64,000 bases of DNA from Eledone cirrhosa (Eukaryota), in NCBI GenBank assembly GCA_964016885.1, contig OZ024742.1, forward strand, positions 152,334,001-152,398,000. The letters run 5' to 3'. The position numbers and the translations under genes are program-made. How positions within the stretch are numbered: position 1 is the stretch's first letter; the number at the start of each line of letters is the position of its first letter. The notes under the pieces were generated by a model. That model made no database searches. It was not told the origin of the DNA and was given only the letters and a program-made list of their open reading frames with translations. This document shows positions 51,491-63,347 of this stretch, in pieces.

Positions 51491-52305
51491 TAAATAGAAA
51501 CTTCAATTCTGAGTCTGTGTTAGCTTATATGTATGTTAATGTGAATATAATTCATCGTATATATAAGTGGATATAGGATTTACGGTGAGGGTGGTTAACT
51601 TGTTTTAGAATTTTCAATAATGTTGTTACATTGAAAAACATTAATTTCTATGTGTGACTATGTGTGTGTTTATGTGTGTGTGTTTTGTGTGTGTATGTGT
51701 GTATGTGTAAGTATCTTTGAGCGGTGTAAACCGGTTCTAAATATCGGGATAACCTACAAACGAGCACTGATCCAATTGTGTTTCAAAAACACTATTGCGA
51801 TACTATTGCAATTGAAAAAACAGTTAACCAATATGTAATACACTGGAAACTCTTACCAATGATACTATGGTTCAATTTGTAGCTTCCGAAATCAGACTAA
51901 ATACCTCAAATACCTATTCTGAGCGAAAATAACATATGATTAGAGAGTTGGATTCACAATCGTGAGGTTGTGAGTTCGATTCCCAAGGCATTGTCTCATT
52001 GAGCAAAACACGTTATTTCACACTGCTCTTTCTGCCACGAGTTGTGACCGTTAGATAGTACAAACAATTGGAAAGACCAATGGAAACATTGACTCTTTGG
52101 TCCGATTTAACAAGTTCCACCTCATTCAGTAAGCGAATCTCATTTGGTATCTTGTCGGTTTCTCTAAAAAACAAGTCATACACAAAGAGCCATACCAACA
52201 GTTTTGCAAGAGATGTCAACATGAATGGACCTGTTTTTTTATCTAAAGACATGTTTTCCAATTCGATCCCGCCCGTCCCCTTAATCTATTTTATTTCTCA
52301 TTCTT

Positions 52306-52340
52306 TCTTCTGATGAAGGACTAGCGTCAGAAACGTTAAA
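52306..52340 (+). ncRNA. Minimal hammerhead-like motif, weak stems
   Basis: CTGATGA(52310-52316)-AG-GAC-TAGC-GTC-A-GAAA-CG-TT; palindrome ACGT; degenerate paralog at ~6778-6815. Confidence 0.5.
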
Positions 52341-52462
52341 TCCCTCTTCCTGCTATATCAAGCGTTAACCTAATATATACCTTCCATATACTGTACCGAT
52401 TGTGTTGTTATTTCTGTTTACCTTTTACATACACACACACACACATATATATATAACCCCCC

Positions 52463-52497
<35 letters not shown>

Positions 52498-53108
52498 TAA
52501 TAATAAATTTGAAGAATAAAATCCATAGAGGGCTCGATAACGATAAATATATATCAAATATATAAGAACCGTAGAGCAAATATTTATTAGAATAGATTAA
52601 AATTTAAGCAAAGAATCGCTGCTTTCACACTTAACGGGATCTTCTGAAATATATATATACTCTTGGTGGCTGCATATGATTTCCAGATGTAAGGTATGGC
52701 TCTCTTTATTATTATTATTTTTATATGAACTACTGATTGATCTTTTTTATATCCCATGTCTGATTTAGCCTTAGAGAATAACTATGTGTGTATATGAGTG
52801 GTCCATACATGTATTTATTATATTTTAATATCTCTATGTGTGCATTGGTTGTGTATACATATAGTTATTCTTTTAATATCCAATTGAGTTCTTAAACAGG
52901 TGTTTATAATACCTAACAGGTTTAAATAACCAGCGTGTATATTGTTTTATATTTTAAGATGACATCCCCTTAGCCTCTTGGCAGCGTGTATTTTTTCTTT
53001 GAGAGGACTGCTGGATTTTCGAATCTACCAGTCTCTTTTTAGCGCTGAAGGAGACCAACACTAATCTATTAATGTCGATGGAATTTTTATATCGATATTA
53101 TTTGGGCA

Positions 53109-53225
53109 TCCACTGATGAGTTTATAAGGGCCCGCTTGTGTATAAAACTATGAATTATATACAAGTTTCTACATAATCTGGACATTATTTATTGTAGAAA
53201 TATTATAACGAAACGATCGTCTGGA
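53109..53225 (+). ncRNA. Type I hammerhead motif with 90-nt branched stem II
   Basis: TCCA-CTGATGA(53113-53119)-GTTTATAA...TTATAAC-GAAA(53210-53213)-CGATCG-TC-TGGA; GUC triplet; lies in an ORF-less segment 52660-53397 between TA tracts. Confidence 0.8.
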
Positions 53226-53429
53226 AGGAAAGAAATATTTATATAATTATGTCTCATATAAAATAATACAACCAGCTATCCACGAAATACTGATTAGTTA
53301 GCACCCCAAACACTAAATAGGTATATCCTAATGTTTGTTGAGTGAGATGGAGTTGGTCAGAGTATTGCTTAAGGCTTTCTCAGTTAATGTATTAAATATA
53401 TATATATATAAATATATATATATATATTT

Positions 53430-54545
53430 CGTTTCTGAATTTGTTTAGCAAGATTCATTATCTGAAAACGTGTGTTGAAACCTTATATTGTTATGCTTTG
53501 GGAGGGTCATGTTGCCAATAAGAAACACACGCACCAGTTGCTTTCACTCCAATTTATTATAAATTAAATTTATAAATTTAAGAATTTATAAATTTCCGGT
53601 TGGTTGGTTCCATAACCGGACGGTTGTTCATATATTGTCAAAGTTCTTTCGTCACACATTCTGTGACCTCTTCAGTAACTGGGGATTCTTTTCTTTGTTT
53701 TGTGCCTCTCCTTTGTTCTGTCCTACGCCATCTTGTTTTTGTGTGTGTTGTATGCTTAGTTTGCGCATGTGTTACATCCGGGTGTCTATGTGTGTTTTTA
53801 TTTGTTTATTTATTTGTTTATTGACATGTTACAGGTTGGTTGTTTGTTCTATGTGTGTGTCTGTTTTCATTTTGTCCTTAATTGCAAGTTGTGATGTTGC
53901 TATTCCATTCATGTTTTCTATTTAATTTTGGTTGGAGTTCATTTATGTTTATTGCCTCTGTGATTTGTCTAAACATTGCGTCTTTTCTGTGTGTAGATAC
54001 TATTTTTATTTCTATGTTCTTTAATTTGCCCTTATGTTCTATTTTAGCATGTTGGTGGAGTATTGATGATTATTTTTTATCTTAAAGTTCTCGCCAGTGT
54101 TCACTTAACCGTTCTCCTATACTACAAGCTGTCTCACCTATGTACACTATATGTTTATCTCTACATTGTCCTTCAGTACATCTTATGCTATATACTACAT
54201 TTCTAGTTTTACAGTTAATATGGGGCTTAGTTTACAGATTATGCATTTCTCATCTATACAGGGAGGTCTTTGAAAAGGGTATGTATTGCTAATAAGTGTC
54301 TTTATGAAGGTACCTGGTCTTTCTACTATCTTAATATTAAGTTTATGTTTATCTAGGTCCCTTCTAAATTTGTAAGCTAATTCACCTCTAAGGGTTGTAT
54401 TGATGAACATTAAACTCTGGTATTTATTGCTATCATACCATGAGTTTATTCTATTAACCTTATTCCTAGTTCTTTCCATTCTATTCCAAAATTTGCTCCT
54501 ATACAAGGGGCAGGTTCCATGTGTATCATTATTTATCATTTTTTC
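53430..54545 (-). mobile_element. 5'-truncated Penelope-like element (zinc finger plus GIY-YIG; Naiad-like by motif recall)
   Basis: PLYRSKFW...SWY...LMFINTT...KIVERPG...CIDEKCIIC, then after a frameshift NVVYSIRC...YIGETACSIGERLSEH; sense hammerhead downstream; (TA)n on both sides. Confidence 0.85.
53637..53679 (-). ncRNA. Minimal type I hammerhead ribozyme in the Penelope pLTR
   Basis: GTTA-CTGAAGA-G-GTCACA-GAATG-TGTGAC-GAAA-GAAC-TT-TGAC; 6-bp stem II, 4-bp stem I. Confidence 0.8.
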
Positions 54546-54550
54546 CCATT

Positions 54551-54640
<90 letters not shown>

Positions 54641-54849
54641 GTCTTCCTCCGGTTGCAACGTTTTTTGAAATATCCAGTTCTGCGTTTACAGATTGACTTT
54701 GTTAGTTTCAGAAGATCCCGTTAAGGGTGAAGGCAGCGATACTTTGCTTAAACTTTAATCTGTTATATTAATAAATATTTGCTCTTCGGTTCTTATATAT
54801 TTGATATAAGCCCTCTTTGGATTTTAGTCTTCAATTTTATTATTATTAC

Positions 54850-54924
<75 letters not shown>

Positions 54925-54931
<7 letters not shown>

Positions 54932-55776
54932 GTTTGTCCTACATCAGTGATCTTCCAACCATCATAGGTATTTCATCGCTTTAAAGACCATATACCTCCG
55001 GTTGGTGCGAGCAACGGCTAAAAAAAGTCGTTGGGACACGTAAATAAAGGGGACGCGAGGGTAAACAAACAAAATGGTTTAAGCAACAGAAAGTGATGAA
55101 GGACAAACTTTTTCATATATAACCCATTTGCAACGCCGCAGCTCCATTATTATCATATTTAGACATATATTTTTTCCTCTGCTACTACCCGTCTGCTTCG
55201 TTCTTTGTATCTTTACCCTTTCTAGCAGTCTCTCTCTCTGTTAGCATCTTCCTCACCCTTTACTCACTCATTCTCTGTCACTACCTCTCCTCCTCCTCTT
55301 TCTTCCCGTTTGACCTCTGTGTGATTCTTTTCTCTCGCACGCTGGCCAAGCTGGTATGAATTTTTTTTCTCTCTCTCGTCTGCGATTTCACAGAACTTAT
55401 GTTTACCGAATTCGCAGACCAGACCCCTTCTTCCTCCCGTTAGACCTGTGCGAAATTCCTTCCTTGCTCACATTTGAACCAGGTTTGATGGTCTTTATTC
55501 TCTCGTTCACGATTTCACAGAATTTAAATTCATAGAAATCTGGGACTTGTCTCTTTCTTCATCACTTTCTGTTGCTTAAACCATTTTGTTTGTTTACCTT
55601 CGCGTCCCCTTTATTTACGTGTCCCAACGACTTTTTTTAGCCGTTGCTCGCACCAACCGGAGGTATATGGTCTTTAAAGCGATGAAATGCCTATGATGGT
55701 TGGAAGATCACTGATGAAGGACAAACTTTTTCATATGTAACCCATTTGCAACGCCGCAGCTCCATTATTATCATAT
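54925..55776. mobile_element. Non-coding (TA)n-anchored fold-back element with terminal redundancy
   Basis: Inverted arms ~54925-55100 / ~55557-55730; direct repeat 55095-55158 / 55713-55776 (period 618). Confidence 0.75.
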
Positions 55777-56734
55777 ATATATATATACATACATTTGTGT
55801 TTGTGCCTCTGTGAGGTTCTTTGTGGTGTTCGATCCTCTGCTGGCGTTTATGTACATTTTTCTTCTCTCCAGCAGTGTGTAACCAAATACGATTTTAATA
55901 ATCTGCGATGTGGCACCAACATTTTCAAATATCCAGGTTCTCATACAACACTCAAAAGTAATATATGTTGCAGTTGTTTATGGTAATCCATATGCCTCAA
56001 TAACTGCAGGGTCTCCAAGAAAATAAGTCGATGGATAAGTAACGGCTAGGCAGACAGAAAGCTTTGATGCTGTACATGGACCCGTGGGAATAGAAAAACA
56101 ACTAGACTGATATTTGTTGAATTAGAGGATATTAATTTAACCCCCAGGAGAAACGAAAAATATTTAGTTCATATATATCTGTACGTCTGTGATGGTTTAT
56201 TTTTATAATGTGCTTCCACTGTTGATCAAATATGAAATTTACATTAATATACTACAGCTGTTGAGTTTGGTAATTAGCTTAATCCGTTCCTTTCATTGAG
56301 CCTGTCCTCTCATTATTTGCAATGTCAATTGACTATTATTGTTTATACTTAGACCAAAATATAACTATTTCAAGACTAGTACATCCGTAACGTATATCTT
56401 ATCAAAAGTTATTATCTATACTTACTGTCCTTTTCCTACTTGCCAAGTATCATGATATTACTAATTGGTACTCAGACGTTTTTAGAGAATAGAAAACAGA
56501 AATTATATGAAACTAAATCTCGAGCGATATTAAGACAGGTATTTACTAATACATAGAGGTAAAATATAGTCGGCACGCGTTTCTATATAGTCATACAAAG
56601 ACAACATTTACTGTAAACACACGCATGAATGTATGCACACACACATGTATATATACTTATGTATTTGTATATATGTATACGCATAAGTATGTATGTATTT
56701 CGTTTAGATATATATATATATATGTGTGTGTGTG

Positions 56735-56790
<56 letters not shown>

Positions 56791-56990
56791 TGTATGTATA
56801 AAACCCACCCAGGCACACGTACACACACACATACACACACATACACACACATATACATTCTTCATTTTCCTATTTGACTTGTACCACTCCTGAGGTGAAT
56901 TCGTGTGTTGAAACAGATATTCTTCTACATTTCATGTGGCCAAAAAAAACACATGCATCAGTTCAATGAGTTTCCCATTTTTTTTTATCA

Positions 56991-57200
56991 GGTAGAGTGG
57001 TGGCTTGACAGAGCCGTTAGAGTGTCAAAATGTTTTCATGTGCTCCGGCTCTTTATATTTTAAGTTCAAATCACACCCAACTCAATCCACTTTACAACCT
57101 TCCAGGTTCAATAAAATAAATCACCACGTACTGAGATCGATATAGTCGGATGTTTCCTCTTCAGAAATCATTGGCGTTGTGCCTACATTAGAAACTATTA
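56991..57200 (+). mobile_element. Diverged family-A SINE
   Basis: AAGTTCAAATC B-box, AATAAAATAAA core remnant, GGCGTTGTGCCTACATTAGAAAC tail. Confidence 0.65.
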
Positions 57201-57670
57201 TCACTCAGGTAAATAATATTCAGCTCGATGATTTCCACTGAATCACCATATTCTAGTTATTATATGTTGTTGCACCACGGACTAATTTCCTTGTCTTTGG
57301 ATTCCTACCAGATTTCGTTCTTCCTATCTATAGGCCAATACTCTTTGACTCTGAACTAGTGATCTTACAAGTCCACAAATGACTAGTTACAACATAGGGT
57401 ACTGTATAAGCTGATTCCTTTTCTTATAACGATGTTTCAACAAAAGGAGTGTTCGTCCCAGAAGCTTACCAAACTGTAATTATGCTGCCACATCGTAACT
57501 TTGTTTTATATAACTTCACACACACACACCACACACACACAAACAGATTCTCACCCACATTAACAGACTCTCCCAGATACTAACAGCCTCACACACACAC
57601 ACTCATATATAGATACATTCATAAATACATATATGCAGGGACACACATACATAAACATATATATAGAGTG

Positions 57671-58085
57671 TACGAAATTTGTCTCAAAGTAACAATACTG
57701 TTTTTACTTTGTACAACATGGTATCGGCAAATAAGTGTTAGGATGATTGCAGAATAAACGGGCATGGATTAACATGCAGGTCACAGAACTTTACACATGC
57801 GAAAGATTTGGACAAAACTAGTGCCCAAGTAGACAAACACTTGTCGATGGAATAAACGCAAACCGTTTGGAAATTTATCAGGAATTGTTAGAAAGATTAG
57901 AAGTTGAGGTAAGTTTCTTGGAAAAAGTAATAACAGGAGATGAATCATTGATGTTCGAGTATGATCCAGTGGCAAAACGGCAAAGTGAGGAGTTGCACAC
58001 AAAAAGTACTCCTTGTCCGAAGAAAGCACGCATGAGCAGATCCTGCGTGAAAGAAATGATTCTTTCGACAGCCGTGTGATTGTTC
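57671..58085 (+). mobile_element. Tc1/mariner transposase fragment
   Basis: KLVPK; FLEKVITGDESLMFEYDPVAKRQSEE...PKKARMSRS (first catalytic Asp in TGDE). Confidence 0.8.
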
Positions 58086-58554
58086 ACAAAACATATTGAC
58101 TTCCATGATATTATTAACCACCCACAGATACAATTAGGTATCCACAATGTTAAGAGCGAAAACATATATTTTATCTTTTTTTAATTTTCAGCATGGCCTG
58201 CTCCAAATTCGCTGGGTATGCAAATGAGGTCAATCAGCCGATGTATACATTTGAGAATACTATGTATTCTCAACAGTTTCTGTGTGTAGCAGTGACGAGA
58301 ATACACAATGTCAATAAGGAGCAAAAAATTAGAAACAATTGTCGATTGTTTACTCTCAGTTACCGCTGGAACAAAAGTGTGACGTTGTTCCGTTAGAAAA
58401 CAGCCATAGTGTTTATGAGGCTGTTTGCTTGCAAGTAAACCGAATATTAATAATATTATGATATTATAATAATAATATTTTCAGTCACTCACGAATACAT
58501 TTAGGTATCCACTATGTGAAGAGTGAAAACATATTTGGTTTATATATACATATA

Positions 58555-59375
58555 TCTAATATATATTTGTGAAATGGGTGGTGGTTGAAATTCAGATGTG
58601 CACGGTTAATGGTAGTAGACGTGGTTGGACGGCATGAACATTTACATACCTATGTAAAACGTGCCAAGGAAGCAAATAGACGAGGTTTCAAATCTCTAAC
58701 TTGAAAAATGTGGTCCCTAGCGCCCCCAAACAATCTATTTACTATCGCGTTCGGTGAGTTATTTCCCCCTGTTCTAATACTTGGCTGAGTTATTTACAAT
58801 TTCATACACATTTTTAAACTCATCAACGTTCTTTCGCTGTTAACATACAGTACCAATAATTTGAAAAATAGTATTGAAAGTTTATTATAAAGAAGCAGTT
58901 TCAGGAAAAAGTGTAAACTATCATACAAACCTTCATAATATGCATTTTTAAACTTGCATATCATCGACATTGCTATTTCGCTGTTAATAAACTATCATCC
59001 TTCTACATTTAACGATCATAGAGTACCGTTTTATGAAATCGATTCTGCAGTACGGTCACTGTTTTCCATCAAAAGAAATAAAACTCTTAAATTGCGAAGA
59101 AGGGACGCGTGTTTTTATTTTAATTCTAATACATGTTAACCACCACTACAGTAAGTAGTATTTTTCAAATTGCATATCATCGACATTGCTATTTCGTTGT
59201 TAATAAACAACGCTTTTCTCGTCGCTCCACTTCTTATTGTACGCCGTCCAGCCCCAAGTGCATATTTCTATTTTTTTACCTGAAACTGCTTCTTTATCAT
59301 AAACTTACAATAATATTTTTCAAATTATTAACTTAATAAAAAGTGGCCCCGGGTGAAACCGGGCTCAGCTGCTAG
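58555..59375 (+). mobile_element. Non-autonomous Helitron
   Basis: A|TC at 58555; hairpin CCCGG-GTGAAA-CCGGG (59348-59363); CTAG|T at 59372-59376; no ORF. Confidence 0.75.
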
Positions 59376-60449
59376 TATATGTGTATAATCGGTTTAGTTT
59401 AGATGAATTATTCTAATTAGAAAGTAGCTATAACGCTAGTTATCCTACAATGACATAACTATATGAGAAAACAACGCTGGATTGAAGTAAGATGAACATA
59501 ATTTTTGCAAGAATAATGGCAGTTTCAAAAATAAATTAGTTCAAAACGGAGAGAACGGAAAATGGACAATCAGTGAAAGGAAATGATAAAATGAAAGAAA
59601 AAGCGAAAGGAAAAAAAAAATGGAAAATATGATAAACTGTTAATGGGAAAACCTTTGCCTTGTCATTCACCTATCAGAATTAATGACCATCTCTTGCCAG
59701 AAGTAAAAGAGAAATATTTTCTAAGAAATGCCGATAGGGAAGACTGTGTTATGTTGCTTACTATTAAAAAAAGCGTTATATCAACTGCTGTTATATAATG
59801 ACTAGAGAGTCTGTTGTAGTTATGGACACTTGAATGTCAGCTATTGCAACAACGGCTATACATACACATATCAGAAATATGATAAAGCTAGGAAACTGAA
59901 GTTCATTGTGTTTACAGTATTAGTTACAAAGGATTTCCAGCTAAACCTAACTAGTAAAGAGCAGAGACATGAACGCTGTTTTCATTTCTTTTTTATTTCT
60001 AGCGTTTAAAAATATGGTGTAAATAGAAATTAAAGATCTGCTTCAATTACGAGACTCTGTTATTACATTCAATGGGTGGATGATGTATAGTATATTCTCA
60101 TTTCCATACAGCAGTGCCAATGTTAATGATAGTTAAATCTTAAGTGATTATTACACCTATCCGAATTGACGTATAGATTTGACGAGTGTTTAACTTAGAT
60201 GGTATTACAGATATTAAGAGCTCATGTAAAATACAACCAATTAAAAGCGATATGAATACTGTCTCACCATCAAGGCGAATCACAACCCTATCAACATAGG
60301 AATAAAACAGAAAGGGGAATAAATAGATGTGAAGTAATGAAATCTCTTTAATAATCTCTTAAATTCGTCAATCCACGAGGATTGACGAATCTTGATTGAA
60401 TGGAACTGTAAATACATTGCGCTGCATATTGTCTTATTAAAGACAATAT

Positions 60450-61330
60450 GCAGCTCTCATCTTGCTGATAAGATTCTGGACACTGAGTTACTTTCATCAA
60501 ACCAGTCCTGGTGTTTTATCATATAGAATCCTAAGATGTCTACGGAGGATGTATGGTTGGTATCTTTGAGAGCTTCCCAGGAAATCTCAATGTCATCAGA
60601 AACCTGGAAAGAGTTGATGGACGAGTCAAGTTTTGCAGAGAGTTTCACCTTCCTTTCAGTGGATCTTAAAACGCCGATATCAACCTTAGGTGACATAGGT
60701 GGCTTTTGATGAGAGGAAGATTGATTGAAACCTTAGTGCACAGCAGTGCATGATTCAAGGGGTAGCAAGAAGAGTGAAAAAAAAGAGTGATTTTGAAATC
60801 GCTTAGGTCACGCCTGTGTGTGATGCCATAATCAATCACATGCCAATCCTTGAAACTAGGAGGACTACTCTATGTTGTCTTATGGTTTTCAGGCTGCTGC
60901 TAGAAGCTATTAGCGATGCTAAGATCACATTCCCTGTGAAGTGAAAGCAGCCTAAACTCATTCTGAAACGTCATGCCTTGTCTGATAGTCATTTCCATTA
61001 TGATGAGTGAGTTCTTGTCTGGAACTGTGTGAATTTCATGAATACAGAGTAGAACTGTAACAACTCACTAGTAAAACAGAGATGTTGTTCACTAGATCCA
61101 GTGAATGAGTCATGGTACTATTTTTGAAACAATTGGGGAGTGATATTAGGAAATAAGCAATGTTAGATCTAATGATAAATTCAGCACCTGATTAACGGTG
61201 GTCTTCGCTTTCTCTGAACTACAAGACTGTGTAACATTCTCCAACGCCTTCCATTTGGGACGTGCCAGTGCTTTCATTTATAGCAGTAAATATCGATGTT
61301 ATGTCTGTTGGGTGCATTGCAGATGAAGTC
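60450..61330 (-). mobile_element. Decayed RTE/BovB-like LINE fragment (APE region)
   Basis: WEALKD...KHQDWFDESN motif typical of RTE-BovB; remainder fragmented. Confidence 0.55.
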
Positions 61331-61845
61331 TGATCATCGCTCCAGACATAAACTGCTGTCCCGGAAACTTCTAATATTCTAGGGACCAAAATTTAATTGC
61401 TTCTTTGTTTTATTTCGACTGCGTATTTGGATAAATTGAAAGCTGCAATTTGCTCTCAAGTTAAAAGAGTGTGCAAGCATTTATTTAAGGTTCCTTTTAC
61501 CTCCCCTCCATGTGCAGGGAAAGCAGTGCTATACCTTAAAAGACTACCTTGCCACCACAAGGGGTTACGAAAAGCACAAATTATTCATATTTCTTTCATA
61601 AACGGCCAATACCTGGTGATCGCTACTGTGTAGAGTTCCAGCTTTGGATTTGCTGCATTAGGTTATAATAGTTCCTGTCGCCTATGTTCTCTCGAGAGTG
61701 GGCTTTGTGTCAATAGTGAGCTATTAGATAAACAGAACTTGTAGAGCTGCTGAGCTACGAACACAATGAATTGTTTATTGTGGTTAAGGTTTGTGCTGGA
61801 CCAGCCAGACGTTTTGGAAATGTTGATAACAAATGATTAATGCAA

Positions 61846-61963
61846 AATGTTTTCACGAAACCAGTGAACACGGTATTAGATGGCTGTTTACACTCAAGAG
61901 CACCTGCACCTCTTTCTTCCATTACCGCAGGGTGTTTAAAAATCCCCCTCCTCACCAAGCAAG

Positions 61964-62027
<64 letters not shown>

Positions 62028-62142
62028 TGTAAACAGCCACCTAATACCAGGTTCACTGGTTTCGTGAAAACATTACAAGCTGAGGATCCGCTAAGGTGAA
62101 ACAATTGTTCTCGGTATGGTGAACTAACTGTTGTGTTACCAC

Positions 62143-62225
<83 letters not shown>

Positions 62226-62342
62226 AGTGTAAACAGCCACCTAATACCAGGTTCACTGGTTTCGTGAAAACATTACAAGCTGAGGATCCGCTAAGGTGAA
62301 ACAATTGTTCTCGGTATGGTGAACTAACTGTTATGTTACCAC

Positions 62343-62345
<3 letters not shown>
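61846..62345 (+). mobile_element. Two 122-bp direct copies (62024-62145, 62224-62345) each with a hammerhead motif, separated by (TA)n, plus a partial inverted copy (61846-61896)
   Basis: CTGAGGA-T-CC-GCTAA-GG-T-GAAA-CAATTG-TT at 62080-62109 and 62280-62309; copies differ at one base. Confidence 0.75.
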
Positions 62346-62387
<42 letters not shown>

Positions 62388-62440
62388 GAGAGACGTAAAA
62401 TAAGAAAATTATAAAAATTAACTTACTTACTAAAATTTCA

Positions 62441-62519
62441 CTCCAACTAATTAGTTTCTGAAAGGGAATAAACGTAGTTACCGAAGAAGTGTACGGATAA
62501 GCCTTTCGTCATCAGGGAA
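62441..62519 (-). ncRNA. Type I hammerhead motif with 50-nt stem II
   Basis: TTCC-CTGATGA-C-GAAAGG...CCTTTC-A-GAAA-CTAATTAG-TT-GGAG; palindrome ACTAATTAGT; host segment has a 56-bp terminal direct repeat (62381-62436 / 62906-62961). Confidence 0.8.
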
Positions 62520-63021
62520 GTCTATTCTCAGCTAAGTTTCCAGGCAATACGTGGACACAGGGAACTTATACAAAAATAATTCAGTGGATGGAAAAAAGCA
62601 AAGCGTGGACTAAGTTCCAAGCCATTGAAAAAATCACTGCCTACTGCGTCGGTGGCAAATTCAAAATAATCAATCACGTGACATCGAGGTCAATCAGTGA
62701 AGAGTGGTTTGTTAAGAAGATAGCAGCCGGACTGTTACTATATAGTAGCAGTTTTGGCCAATTTTTGCTCGACACAATAATTTGGAGATAATTATAAAGA
62801 ATTAGTACATCTACTGACATATATATACAGATGCATACCTATGCCAGCAAATATATAGGTTTTGTCTTAGTAACTTTGGGGTTCAATGCATGGAGATGCA
62901 GAACAATAATATGAGAGACATAAAATAAGAAAATTATAAAAATTAACTTACTTACTAAAATATAGTGAAAGATTGAAGAGTAACATGGTCGGTGGTTGTG
63001 CAACAAGGCGCTTTATTTCGG

Positions 63022-63132
63022 GTATTAACAATTGTTTCATTTATCAGGTGAGTCTAAAGGCCGTTAATCGCTCGAAGTTGCGTCACTCGATCTCCAATAC
63101 ATTAGTTACCTCTGATCAAATCCTCAGAATCC
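63022..63132 (-). ncRNA. Type I hammerhead motif with 82-nt stem II
   Basis: GGATT-CTGAGGA-T-TTGATCAG...CTGATAAA-T-GAAA-CAATTG-TT-AATAC; homologous to 19949-20061; enclosed by inverted arms 62962-63026 / 63128-63188. Confidence 0.75.
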
Positions 63133-63249
63133 TGAAATAAAGCCCCTTGTTGTACAGCCGACCATGTTACACTTCAATCTTTCACTATTATTCATCCAAG
63201 TATAACCTGCATAGGAATACTCGCGAACACGCTGCCTAACTATGGAAAC

Positions 63250-63346
<97 letters not shown>
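63250..63346. repeat. (TCTA)n microsatellite
   Basis: Direct reading. Confidence 0.95.

Positions 63347-63347
<1 letters not shown>

Noticed and set aside
53430-54545. Selenocysteine recoding or SECIS element as reported for some Naiad PLEs
   Set aside because: Visible zinc-finger positions are normal Cys codons, and the conserved ATGACCCTCCC segment has no complementary strand for a SECIS stem
52496-54850. Inverted repeats enclosing the Penelope fragment as TIRs of a composite transposon
   Set aside because: A third copy at 48481 shows a dispersed family, and the ends do not correspond
55711-55740. CTGATGAAGGAC as a hammerhead
   Set aside because: No downstream stem II partner or GAAA box
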